Virus record (IMG/VR): IMGVR_UViG_3300012936_000004
Coordinates: 25,415 to 89,414 of that record
DNA length: 64,000 nucleotides
Direction: 5' to 3' (one strand)
DNA from: a virus
The notes under the pieces were generated by a model. It saw nothing but the letters and a program-made list of their open reading frames with translations, made no database searches and was not told the origin of the DNA. Of the stretch, positions 1 through 8,641 are shown one piece after another; the stretch's first letter is position 1, and every line of letters starts with the position of its first letter. The translations under genes were made by a program, and so were the position numbers.

Positions 1-45
1 CAGTATGTGTCCACGTTGCTTCAACGTCAACAGTTTATTTATACG

Positions 46-162
46 TTATTTGGAAAGTTTTGTCAAGTAATTTTGAGCAATAGTTTTCTTATGGGTAATT
101 AATAAAATTTTACTATTCTCATCTAAGACAATATACTTACCATCTCTATGTTCTATACTCAT
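46..162 (-). CDS. small hypothetical protein (38 aa, MSIEHRDGKYIVLDENSK...), probably leaderless
   Basis: ORF read manually; TTGACA-N17-TATACT promoter ends 6 nt before the ATG. Confidence 0.55.
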   Translation of the reverse strand: MSIEHRDGKYIVLDENSKILLITHKKTIAQNYLTKLSK

Positions 163-199
163 AGTTTAAGTATACAATAATATACAAAGATTGTCAATA

Positions 200-745
200 T
201 TAAAAATTAAGGAATTTTTCTGTTAAATTTTCAGCGGCAGTTTGTATTGCTGTGTCCCACTGCCTTGGAGGTAATGTGTTCCACATTAACTTATCACTAT
301 ACGGACAATTAGTCCAACTACTATGTCCTTTTTTATGTAACCCTACTATTTCGTCTTCAAGTTGTCCAGCACCCCATTGACTATGTCCAATTATAATACG
401 CCAATATTCTGGAAATTGTCCTAAGTTAAAAACGTTAATAATTGCTTTATCTCTAGTAACACTTAGCGTATTATTCAACTGTACTGTACTTGGAATCTTA
501 AAATCATTTGTGTGTAATACATATGCATGATTTACTTCTACTGGACCTCCGTAGTATAACGGAACGTTCTTTTGTAAGTTCATGCCTTTACGTAGCCGTT
601 CACTTACTTGTTGATCTAATTGACGATTAACCACCCAGCCACTAGCACCATTCATTGAGAATTCGTTCATATAAATCACAGTTTTATTAAAACTGAGATC
701 TCTTAATGTTGGCATACTGATTAAAAATCTATTAGATAAATCCAT
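200..745 (-). CDS. YqgE/AlgH (DUF179) family protein
   Basis: FLISMP..D..F.KTVIY, GWVVNR, YYGGPV, GHSQWGAGQLEDEI motifs. Confidence 0.9.
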   Translation of the reverse strand: MDLSNRFLISMPTLRDLSFNKTVIYMNEFSMNGASGWVVNRQLDQQVSERLRKGMNLQKNVPLYYGGPVEVNHAYVLHTNDFKIPSTVQLNNTLSVTRDKAIINVFNLGQFPEYWRIIIGHSQWGAGQLEDEIVGLHKKGHSSWTNCPYSDKLMWNTLPPRQWDTAIQTAAENLTEKFLNF

Positions 746-918
746 TATTGAGTTTCCAATATTTCTCCGATTCGCTTATAACTGAGTTGTAAAAGTTCTT
801 GTAATTCTTTAACATTATCTTTTAAAATTTTATTTTCTTCAGTTACTGCTAATAGTTCACGACGATATAATTCGTTACCAGAAGGGTCTAAGTTTAAACC
901 TTCGTCTATTTTATGCAT
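745..918 (-). CDS. small coiled-coil hypothetical protein (57 aa, MHKIDEGLNLDPSG...)
   Basis: manual ORF with GGAGG SD; stop overlaps the next ATG. Confidence 0.65.
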   Translation of the reverse strand: MHKIDEGLNLDPSGNELYRRELLAVTEENKILKDNVKELQELLQLSYKRIGEILETQ

Positions 919-966
919 GTTGATGCCTCCGTGTTCTATTATATTTATCTGTATTTAAAAGTCAAG

Positions 967-991
967 AAAAAAGGCCCTTGCGAGCCTTTTT
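967..991. terminator. intrinsic terminator, potentially bidirectional
   Basis: aaaaaaggc-ccttgcga-gccttttt hairpin flanked by A/T runs. Confidence 0.7.
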
Positions 992-1028
992 AGTTTTTTG
1001 TTATGTGCCGAATTGTCTCGATTCTTTT

Positions 1029-1205
1029 TTATGTTTTATTTAACTTTTTGATTTCCATCATGCACTGTTTAGCTTCATTATGGTAACCTAATCGTGTTAA
1101 TTCACTTGCGGCTCTTGAGTAACCTACGATTTCGCAGGTTGCTGTAATTCCACTCCAAATTCCTGAGAGCGGTGAGAATACGTAATTCATTACTGCTGTA
1201 GTCAT
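1029..1205 (-). CDS. small hypothetical protein, possibly a distant DUF1127-like paralog
   Basis: MTTAVMN... start overlapping the upstream stop; RAASELTRLG resembles ARNTVKELSRLT of the neighbour. Confidence 0.6.
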   Translation of the reverse strand: MTTAVMNYVFSPLSGIWSGITATCEIVGYSRAASELTRLGYHNEAKQCMMEIKKLNKT

Positions 1206-1429
1206 TACACCCACCCTTTCAGATTCTCATTAAGAATATCATTGTAGTGTTTATTTGCTATATGGCGAATCTCGCCACGTGACATACCAATGTCATTTAG
1301 CTCATAGTCTGTTAATCTACTTAACTCTTTTACAGTATTTCTTGCAGCCTTTCTAGCTTGCATTTTTACTCTTAATGTTCTTAACCAGTTCGAAGACCAG
1401 CCGAACGTATTTGCAACTAATGTAGTCAT
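1205..1429 (-). CDS. DUF1127 (YjiS-like) small RNA-binding protein
   Basis: signature R.T..ELSRLTDYELNDIGMSRGEI. Confidence 0.9.
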   Translation of the reverse strand: MTTLVANTFGWSSNWLRTLRVKMQARKAARNTVKELSRLTDYELNDIGMSRGEIRHIANKHYNDILNENLKGWV

Positions 1430-1577
1430 TTTCTTCTTCTTTCTATGTATATGTATATGTGTGATCCGAGTCTAACTAAGTTAGTTTTACTCCTTGTACA
1501 TCTATATTTAACACGAAAAACCTAGAAAAACAATCAAGAATTATGCATTCTCGATATGCGTTTAGTGCATAGCTAAA

Positions 1578-2369
1578 TTATTGATTGAATAATGTACGGA
1601 TACTTTCAGCGTTATCTAATGTATAAGGTGATTTGGATTTTGTTTTCATTCTTGCAATGCAACGATATTCTGCTCTACGTGCAGTTGTATCATCTCTACC
1701 TGGTATTCTCATTTTAGTACCTGCAAATCCAATACGCATTTCGACATTAACTGTACCTTTAAACATAGGTACATTTAAGCCTAGAGGATCTTCGCCTAAA
1801 TAGAATAAACCAGCACCTCCAACTTGAATATAAAAAACATTTTTCTTATTGTATAGATTACTGATATAACGATCATCTAATGTTACAATTTGATTAAGTG
1901 CTTTATGGTGACCACTTGCTTTTAATTCTTCACGTGCATTTACTTCCGCTACAAACGGAATACCTGTGTTACGTGCATGAAAGTCTATAGGGTCTTTTGT
2001 TTTTAATTCTTCGATATAAGCCTCTAGAGCAGGTTGTGCATCTTCGGCCGCTTTTAAAATAAGAGCAAGATCATCTGGTTCTGTGCCTGCTTTTAGCTTT
2101 GGACTTGCGTACCACATACCATCACCAAAGCCGACACTACCGCCGCCCATTTGATCATTCATACTTGCTTTAACTTCAATGTTAAACTTTTGACCATTAT
2201 AGTTTGCTTCGATGTCACCTTCTCCAGTGTTACTAAATCCTGCACTAGTATCTGCTTTAAATTTTAAACCAGGTACTTCTGCTTGTGCTAGTGCTGAAAG
2301 AACAGCGGCCTCATATTCAAGACCACCGTCATTTCTACCTTCGACAGTTAATAATTCTTTTGCTCTCAT
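1578..2369 (-). CDS. PD-(D/E)XK restriction-endonuclease-like protein with putative capsid-targeting leader
   Basis: YE helix and GD...NIEVK catalytic motif; N-terminus MRAKELLTVE; TAAATA-N5-ATG. Confidence 0.6.
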   Translation of the reverse strand: MRAKELLTVEGRNDGGLEYEAAVLSALAQAEVPGLKFKADTSAGFSNTGEGDIEANYNGQKFNIEVKASMNDQMGGGSVGFGDGMWYASPKLKAGTEPDDLALILKAAEDAQPALEAYIEELKTKDPIDFHARNTGIPFVAEVNAREELKASGHHKALNQIVTLDDRYISNLYNKKNVFYIQVGGAGLFYLGEDPLGLNVPMFKGTVNVEMRIGFAGTKMRIPGRDDTTARRAEYRCIARMKTKSKSPYTLDNAESIRTLFNQ

Positions 2370-2380
2370 ACAGCTATTTA

Positions 2381-3580
2381 TTAATTTCCAGTAGTTGATG
2401 CTTCGTAAGTTTTATTATACTGATTATTAACACGAATAAATGTTGTACACTTACTCAATTGTTTTAGCGATGGAGCACCAACATACGTACAAGTACTTCT
2501 AATGCCTCCCAGAATGTTCTGTATTGTATTTGCTACAGGTCCTCTGTATGGTACTAATGCTGTACGTCCTTCGCTACTACGATAATCTTTAAGTCCATCA
2601 AAGTGCTTATTATTTGCAGTAGCTGAACTCATGCCATAAAACTGTACAAATTTCTTATGCTCGAATATTGGTTGCATTGGAGGTTCATCAAGTTCTCCAG
2701 ACGCTATTTTTTCTTTAATGTTACGTACTTCTTCTTCTGGCAAATGGGTAGGAAAAGGTACTTGTTCAGCTCTGCCTGTTTCAAGTACTTCGATTATTAC
2801 CTCGCCGCCCCCTTCATCGTGCCCAGCAAGCATACCACCAAGCATAACAAAATCTGCTCCACCTGCAAAGGCTTTAGCGACATCTCCAGGGCAATTACAC
2901 CCACCGTCAGCAATAATGTGACCGCCAAGTCCGTGTGCGGCATCTGCACACTCAATGACTGCCGATAATTGCGGATATCCAACACCAGTTTGTATCCTAG
3001 TAGTGCAAACAGACCCGGGACCAATACCCACTTTAACAATATCTGCTCCATTTAGTATTAACTCCTGTGTTTGATCTGCGGTAACTACATTACCTGCAAT
3101 AATCACTATGTTCGGATATTCGTTACGAAAATCTCTTACATAGTTTACGAATCGTTCGCTGTAACCGTTTGCAACATCAATACAAACATATTTTAAACGT
3201 TCACCAACGGCTTTATACACTTTGTAAAATTTATTTTTGTCACTATCTTGAATACCAATACTCATTGCAACATGTGAAGTTCGCTCCATCATGCCTTCAG
3301 AAAAATAAGTAATAAGTTCATCTGCACTATATGTTTTTACTAGACAAGTAAAGATATCACCTTCTGCAAGTTTATCTGCTTGTTCAAATGTACCAACACC
3401 ATCCATGTTACTTGCCATAATAGGTACACCAAAGTAATGAATATTCTCAGAATCATTATTGTAATTTACAAAGTTAAATTCTCTGTTTAAGTTTACTTCT
3501 TTACGTGAGCCTAATGTACTCCGTTTTGGTCGGATTAAGACATCGCTATAATCCAATAGTATTTCGTTTTCAATTCTCAT
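2381..3580 (-). CDS. guaC: GMP reductase (type 1)
   Basis: [47 protein letters not shown]. Confidence 0.95.
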   Translation of the reverse strand: MRIENEILLDYSDVLIRPKRSTLGSRKEVNLNREFNFVNYNNDSENIHYFGVPIMASNMDGVGTFEQADKLAEGDIFTCLVKTYSADELITYFSEGMMERTSHVAMSIGIQDSDKNKFYKVYKAVGERLKYVCIDVANGYSERFVNYVRDFRNEYPNIVIIAGNVVTADQTQELILNGADIVKVGIGPGSVCTTRIQTGVGYPQLSAVIECADAAHGLGGHIIADGGCNCPGDVAKAFAGGADFVMLGGMLAGHDEGGGEVIIEVLETGRAEQVPFPTHLPEEEVRNIKEKIASGELDEPPMQPIFEHKKFVQFYGMSSATANNKHFDGLKDYRSSEGRTALVPYRGPVANTIQNILGGIRSTCTYVGAPSLKQLSKCTTFIRVNNQYNKTYEASTTGN

Positions 3581-3583
3581 TGT

Positions 3584-3883
3584 TTACTCTTCTTCTATTT
3601 TAAATGTCAATGGATAGCCGTTGCTACGACTTACTATTGTTGCTTCGTGAACTTTTTGTTCTGCAATTTCATAGAAATAAATTCCTGCAATTCCTTGTCC
3701 TTTTGCATGTACTTCCATTGTAACTTGTTCAGCTTGTGCTGTGGTTTTATTAAAAATATGAACCAACAGTTCGATAACAAACGGCATTGGAGTTTGATCA
3801 TCATTTAATAATATAACTTTGTACTTACTTGGAATAGTAAAGTCAATTGATATATCTTCATCTACTGCTAATTCTGTGCTCAT
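3584..3883 (-). CDS. clpS: ATP-dependent Clp protease adaptor ClpS
   Basis: YKVILLNDDQTPMPFV, MEVHAKGQGIAGIY, AEQK, YPL. Confidence 0.95.
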   Translation of the reverse strand: MSTELAVDEDISIDFTIPSKYKVILLNDDQTPMPFVIELLVHIFNKTTAQAEQVTMEVHAKGQGIAGIYFYEIAEQKVHEATIVSRSNGYPLTFKIEEE

Positions 3884-3900
3884 ATTAAAACCTTAGATAA

Positions 3901-3924
3901 GAGGGACAAGATAACTTGCCCCTC
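3901..3924 (-). terminator. stem-loop downstream of hsp20
   Basis: gagggacaag-ataa-cttgcccctc inverted repeat. Confidence 0.55.
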
Positions 3925-3932
3925 GAATGATA

Positions 3933-4367
3933 TTACTTTGCATATTCAATTTCGATTTTACGTGGTTTTTTCTCATCTGGAATAATGCGCTCTAATTCAA
4001 TATAAAGCATACCGTTTTCCATACGAGCACCATGTACAACTACGTCATCCGCAAGTGTAAATTTACGTTCAAATCTACGTTGTGCTACGCCTTTATGGAC
4101 ATATGTCCAATCTTCTGATTCTACGTCTTGTGGATTATAACTAATTGTTAATGCCCCATCTGCAACTTCAATATTTAAATCTTCCATACGTACTCCGGCA
4201 ACTGCCATTTCAATTTGGAAGTTTTCTTCCTGTTGGATAATATTGTAAGGGGGATATCCTGTATTATTTGAATGTTCTACATATCTGAACATATCATCAA
4301 ATATTCTGTCAAATCCAACGCTGTGTGGGGTAAGTTTATTCAAATCGAATGTTGTTAGTCTTGTCAT
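3933..4367 (-). CDS. small heat shock protein (Hsp20/IbpA-like)
   Basis: GFDR.FD, YPPYNI, IEMAVAG, HKGVAQRRFERKF.LAD, GMLYIELERIIP. Confidence 0.95.
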   Translation of the reverse strand: MTRLTTFDLNKLTPHSVGFDRIFDDMFRYVEHSNNTGYPPYNIIQQEENFQIEMAVAGVRMEDLNIEVADGALTISYNPQDVESEDWTYVHKGVAQRRFERKFTLADDVVVHGARMENGMLYIELERIIPDEKKPRKIEIEYAK

Positions 4368-4423
4368 TTTGTTTCTCCTTATAAAAGCAAGATTAATGTT
4401 GTGGACCCATAATTGGCATCCAC
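4365..4423 (-). promoter_or_regulatory. ROSE-like RNA thermometer in the hsp20 5' UTR
   Basis: mRNA UCUUGCU-UUUAUA-AGGAGA pairs the U(U/C)GCU motif with the SD; upstream GUGGA..UCCAC hairpin. Confidence 0.75.
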
Positions 4424-4596
4424 TTGTATTTATGTTTAGAGGGCTAACCGTGACCCTCTACGTGCTTATTAGGTAGCAACCCCTGTCTTATTAAATTTGG
4501 TCATATAGTTTGTTTTATGTATTTCTTATCGTGTCTTGGGGCATGTTTCAGCGCCATCTTCTTATGTAATTAATATAGTGTTGATACCACTAAATG

Positions 4597-4713
4597 TCAA
4601 GAGATTTTCTTTACTAAATTTTTAATTTTTGCTTTTGCAGATATCCAGCCCATAGCAAAACCTACTGCCATAACGCTTATAAGAGCAATTGAGTGCCATA
4701 TTAAAAAACTCAT
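4597..4713 (-). CDS. small membrane protein (38 aa)
   Basis: manual ORF MSFLIWHSIALISVMAVGFAMGWISAK...; GAGGAG SD. Confidence 0.6.
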   Translation of the reverse strand: MSFLIWHSIALISVMAVGFAMGWISAKAKIKNLVKKIS

Positions 4714-4714
4714 T

Positions 4715-4864
4715 TTATTCTCCTCTTTTAATATAATGATGCGGATACGCCTTAGGACGTTCACTTTTAATCATTTCCATGTGAGCTTCCGCTTCAGCTT
4801 CTGTATTGAAACGTGCCACTGCAACTTCGTCTTCCATACGTGGAATATAGATTACTTCAAACAT
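4715..4864 (-). CDS. small hypothetical protein (49 aa)
   Basis: manual ORF MFEVIYIPRMEDEVAVARF...; AGGAG SD. Confidence 0.6.
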   Translation of the reverse strand: MFEVIYIPRMEDEVAVARFNTEAEAEAHMEMIKSERPKAYPHHYIKRGE

Positions 4865-4875
4865 TATTTACTCCT

Positions 4876-5112
4876 TTAGTAACCGAATTTTTCTTTATTT
4901 TTTTCTACTTGTTTTAACCAACGCTTACGTGCCGCCGCCTTTTCTTTTTTCTTCTTTAGACTAGGCTTCTCAAAAAATTCTTTATCACGCATATCTTTAA
5001 AAAGGCCTTCATTGTTACACATTTTTTTTAGTTTACGCATAGCTCTTGCAACATCATTATTACGGACTTCTACATAAAGACCTTTACCTTCTTGTTCTCT
5101 TCTTCTAGCCAT
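4876..5112 (-). CDS. rpsU: 30S ribosomal protein bS21
   Basis: VEVRNNDVARAMRKLKK...REFFEKPS-like...AARKR pattern. Confidence 0.92.
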   Translation of the reverse strand: MARRREQEGKGLYVEVRNNDVARAMRKLKKMCNNEGLFKDMRDKEFFEKPSLKKKKEKAAARKRWLKQVEKNKEKFGY

Positions 5113-5650
5113 TCTTTCCTCTTCTTATTATTCCAATTAATCTATTTCCGTTTAGGGATGGTTTACTATCCCATTCTACTTCATTAAATGATTCATATAC
5201 ACGTGTCAGTATGTCAAAGCCCAATTGCTTATTAGCATTTTCTCTGCCACGAAAGCGTACCATAAGTTTAACTTTATTTCCTTTTGCAAGAAACTTGTCA
5301 ATATGATTTAACTTTGTTTCAAAATCATGATCACCAATTCCTGGACGGAATTGTACTTCTTTAACTTCAACTCGACTTTCACGTTGTCGTTTTGCCGCAT
5401 CTTTTTCTCGACGCTTTTGTTCGTAGAAGTATTTATTAGCATCTAAAATCTTTGCTACAGGAGGGTCAGACGATTCTGTAATTACTACTAAATCAAGTCC
5501 TTTGCTCTCTGCGATTCGAAGTGCTTCTATCTTACTAATAACACCTAGCTGAGCCGAGTCATCTATAACTCGCAAAGTGTTGTATCTTATATGTCCATTG
5601 ATTGCTGGTTTTGAATCTTGCTTTCTAAACTTTGACATCTTTACCCGCAC
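5105..5650 (-). CDS. infC: translation initiation factor IF-3 (start GTG 5650 or ATD-frame ATG 5638)
   Basis: INGHIR, LDLVVI...PPVAKILD, VKEVQFRPGIGDHDFETK, FRGRE. Confidence 0.93.
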   Translation of the reverse strand: MRVKMSKFRKQDSKPAINGHIRYNTLRVIDDSAQLGVISKIEALRIAESKGLDLVVITESSDPPVAKILDANKYFYEQKRREKDAAKRQRESRVEVKEVQFRPGIGDHDFETKLNHIDKFLAKGNKVKLMVRFRGRENANKQLGFDILTRVYESFNEVEWDSKPSLNGNRLIGIIRRGKNG

Positions 5651-5666
5651 GTATCATTTAATCTCC

Positions 5667-6083
5667 TTATACAAATTGAGAAACTACCATATCCATGTAG
5701 TCCTCGGGTGACTTATAAATTGTGTACTCATGTACAGAATTTAATAACTTAACAAGTGTTGACTTTTTATTTTTTTCACTAATAAGTACTAAATTAGCCT
5801 CAGACAGCATTGCCGCAATAATACTAGTTTCACTAGCAGTATCTAAGTCAACAAAAACATTATCGCTTAATCTCATTACACTTAGAGTCCAAGCAACATT
5901 ATCATCTTTAATATTACTATTCGGTTTATATAAATTTATAGGAACCGTTTTAAATAAATTTTCATGAACTGCTTCAACTGAGTCGAAAAATTTATTGTTT
6001 GTACTTAAAACAGTGACACTGGGCCCTGACTCAAGTAATTGCATTTCAGGGGGTGTTATAACATAAACACTATTTTCATTCAT
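5667..6083 (-). CDS. hypothetical protein
   Basis: 138-aa ORF in operon context. Confidence 0.7.
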   Translation of the reverse strand: MNENSVYVITPPEMQLLESGPSVTVLSTNNKFFDSVEAVHENLFKTVPINLYKPNSNIKDDNVAWTLSVMRLSDNVFVDLDTASETSIIAAMLSEANLVLISEKNKKSTLVKLLNSVHEYTIYKSPEDYMDMVVSQFV

Positions 6084-6094
6084 TGTTTTAATTT

Positions 6095-8287
6095 TTAGTC
6101 CTCTTTGAAAGGTTTAGTAGGGGTTAATTTACCTGTATATCCAGGTGACCAAATATCGTGACGTAATTTTAATTCATCGTCAGTTAATTCTGCATCTGAT
6201 CTACTATCAGTATAAGGGTTATAATTGTCTTTGTCAACTACTTTTGGTTGCAATACTTCCTTAATACTTTCCTCTTTCATATCACTATAGCTTTGTGTAG
6301 GTTCATCAACTACAGGTGTTTCTTCAATCTCTGCTTCTTCCCATTTGCTTACTACAGGCTCTGGCTTTGGCTCAGGCTTTTTAGGCTCAGGTTTCTTTTT
6401 CTTCGGAGCAGGCGGAGTTGGAGGTGTATAAGGTTTATTTCCTTCACGTCTCCACTCAAAGGTATATTGTGCGGCAATTAGTAGTGCAACTGCTAGTGGA
6501 TCAAATACAAAGATAATAATAAGTATTACCCAACGTACTGCCTCTTCTAATGTATCTCTGTCAGCATCTTCATATATAAATTCTGCAAGATACTTAACTG
6601 GACCTACTTCAGCTTCTAGTTTACGTGCTTCTGCTTGTAGTGCAAACTTACGTTCTGTAATAGAATCTATTTCATCATTTGCCGCTTTGATACGATTATT
6701 TTGTGCATCTACAATAGCATCTAAATCTGCATTTTCACCAACTTGAATTTTTGCTCTTAGTCTTTCAATTACAGCTTGTGCATTTAAAATTTCATCTTCT
6801 GCAAGTTTACGTATTTTTGCAATCTCTGCACGTGCTTTTTCAATTACAGAATCTTCTGTATTTTGTAACTTACTAATAGTAGATTGTGCAACTGTACGAG
6901 CTTGTCTGTTAGCAGGAATATCCGATTTTAACACACCATTAATTTTTTCTTCAATAACTTCTCTAGAACCTGCTAATGCGCTTTGTGCATCTTTTCTAAT
7001 ACGACTAATAGTATCTAACAAATCCTTCTTACGGTTTTGTATACTTGTTGTTTGGTCGCCTCTAATACTTTCAATTAATCCTGTTAAACGCTCACGTTCT
7101 GCATTTACATTTAATTGTGCATTATCACGTATAGTGCTTGATTGGGCTTGTAAGTCTTTAATAAGACCACCTAAACGTTCACGCTCTTTATCTACAACTG
7201 TTTGTGCTTGTGTACGTAGTACTGTTTCTTGTGCTTGTAGTTCGCTTATACGGGCTCTCTGTGCTTCTAACCAAGCATTGTATGCTCTTGTAGTATTACT
7301 ACCAAACAACCCATCACTAGTAACACCAATTACAGCCTGGCCTTCTTGTATCTTAGCACGTTCTTTACTTTGTAATTTATTTGTTGTTACAATAATATTT
7401 TCTTCTATTGTAGCAATTTGTGCTTTTAATGTATCAACTGCGCTATAGTCTGGTTGTAAATTTGCAATACGTTCTTCAAGTTCACTTATTTGTGACTTTA
7501 ATGTTTCAATAGCACCTAACTCTGGTTGCAATTTAGCAATAATATTTTCGTATTCTGAGGCTTGTTCATTTAACTTAACTAAATCGTTATCTAACTGTGC
7601 AATTTGATCTTTATACGGTTGTACTTGTGCTTCTACACTCGCAACACTTGTATTAGAAAGTTCAGTTCTATACTGTTCAACTAGTTTGTTTAGTCTTTGT
7701 AATTCGGTATCCAAACTAGTAATTTCATCTTCGTAAACTGCAATACGATTTTGTAGTGCTTGTTCCTGTGCAGTAATAATACCTTGTTGTTCGTCTATAC
7801 TTGGCTGACGTCTACTGTATGCATTATCAATACGTGATTGTTCAGCATCAATTTTGTCTTGAATACCTACGTCTTGTTTATCAGCATCTTGTTCTGCTTT
7901 TATTATACGTTGTTCGGCACGTAGGATAATATCTTTTTGTCGTCCTACTTCTTCATCCATTCTGGATAATTGTGCTACTTGTTCCTTTGCCGCACTTGTT
8001 TGTTCAATGTGTGCTTTACTTAGGAAACCAAAAATACCCATACTTGTAATAAACATCAAGACAAGTACGGCTGTACCTAAATACAATCGCATCCACCATT
8101 TAGCTTTATCCCAATAACGGTGTAACCAAACTGCGGTTACTAACTTACCAATTTCTAATGCTCCGCCCATTATTATAATTGGGATAGCGGCAGCCGCAAA
8201 GATTGCTACCAGCCCTGCCACGCTATAATATATTGCAACGGCACTGATGGTTAAGGCTACTAATAATGTTAATATTCCAAAAAACAA
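6095..8287 (-). CDS. membrane-anchored long coiled-coil protein with a central peptidoglycan-binding-like motif
   Basis: 3 N-terminal TM helices, long heptad region, GVTSDGLFGSNT, C-terminal TM (IIFVFDPLAV), Pro/Lys-rich tail. Confidence 0.8.
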   Translation of the reverse strand: MFFGILTLLVALTISAVAIYYSVAGLVAIFAAAAIPIIIMGGALEIGKLVTAVWLHRYWDKAKWWMRLYLGTAVLVLMFITSMGIFGFLSKAHIEQTSAAKEQVAQLSRMDEEVGRQKDIILRAEQRIIKAEQDADKQDVGIQDKIDAEQSRIDNAYSRRQPSIDEQQGIITAQEQALQNRIAVYEDEITSLDTELQRLNKLVEQYRTELSNTSVASVEAQVQPYKDQIAQLDNDLVKLNEQASEYENIIAKLQPELGAIETLKSQISELEERIANLQPDYSAVDTLKAQIATIEENIIVTTNKLQSKERAKIQEGQAVIGVTSDGLFGSNTTRAYNAWLEAQRARISELQAQETVLRTQAQTVVDKERERLGGLIKDLQAQSSTIRDNAQLNVNAERERLTGLIESIRGDQTTSIQNRKKDLLDTISRIRKDAQSALAGSREVIEEKINGVLKSDIPANRQARTVAQSTISKLQNTEDSVIEKARAEIAKIRKLAEDEILNAQAVIERLRAKIQVGENADLDAIVDAQNNRIKAANDEIDSITERKFALQAEARKLEAEVGPVKYLAEFIYEDADRDTLEEAVRWVILIIIFVFDPLAVALLIAAQYTFEWRREGNKPYTPPTPPAPKKKKPEPKKPEPKPEPVVSKWEEAEIEETPVVDEPTQSYSDMKEESIKEVLQPKVVDKDNYNPYTDSRSDAELTDDELKLRHDIWSPGYTGKLTPTKPFKED

Positions 8288-8289
8288 AT

Positions 8290-8637
8290 TTACTCTCCGT
8301 ATTGCGAAGCGAGTCCTTCGCTAACTAATACTTTGTTTACGTCAACTTTGTTTCCGTTTTCATCAAGGACGTAAACATATCCTAATGTTCGTCCTGCTTT
8401 TCCACGTTTGTTCATAAGTGTATTACAAGTAAATTCTTTTCCTATTAATTCAATTAATCTATTTTTACAGCTTATAGCTTTTTCCTTTTCTGTAGGAGAA
8501 AAACTTTTCATATCTGGTGGATTAACACCAAATAGTTTTATGCGCTGGCGTACAAGAACATTAAATCCTAAATCAATTTCTGCATCAATTGTACTGCCAT
8601 CAATCACTCTTATTGTAAAACATTTATATTCGTACAT
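8290..8637 (-). CDS. SNase/thermonuclease-like protein
   Basis: MYEY...RVIDGSTIDAEIDLGF...RIKLFGVN.P, GKAGRTLG; start moved to MYEYK. Confidence 0.85.
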   Translation of the reverse strand: MYEYKCFTIRVIDGSTIDAEIDLGFNVLVRQRIKLFGVNPPDMKSFSPTEKEKAISCKNRLIELIGKEFTCNTLMNKRGKAGRTLGYVYVLDENGNKVDVNKVLVSEGLASQYGE

Positions 8638-8641
8638 TGGA

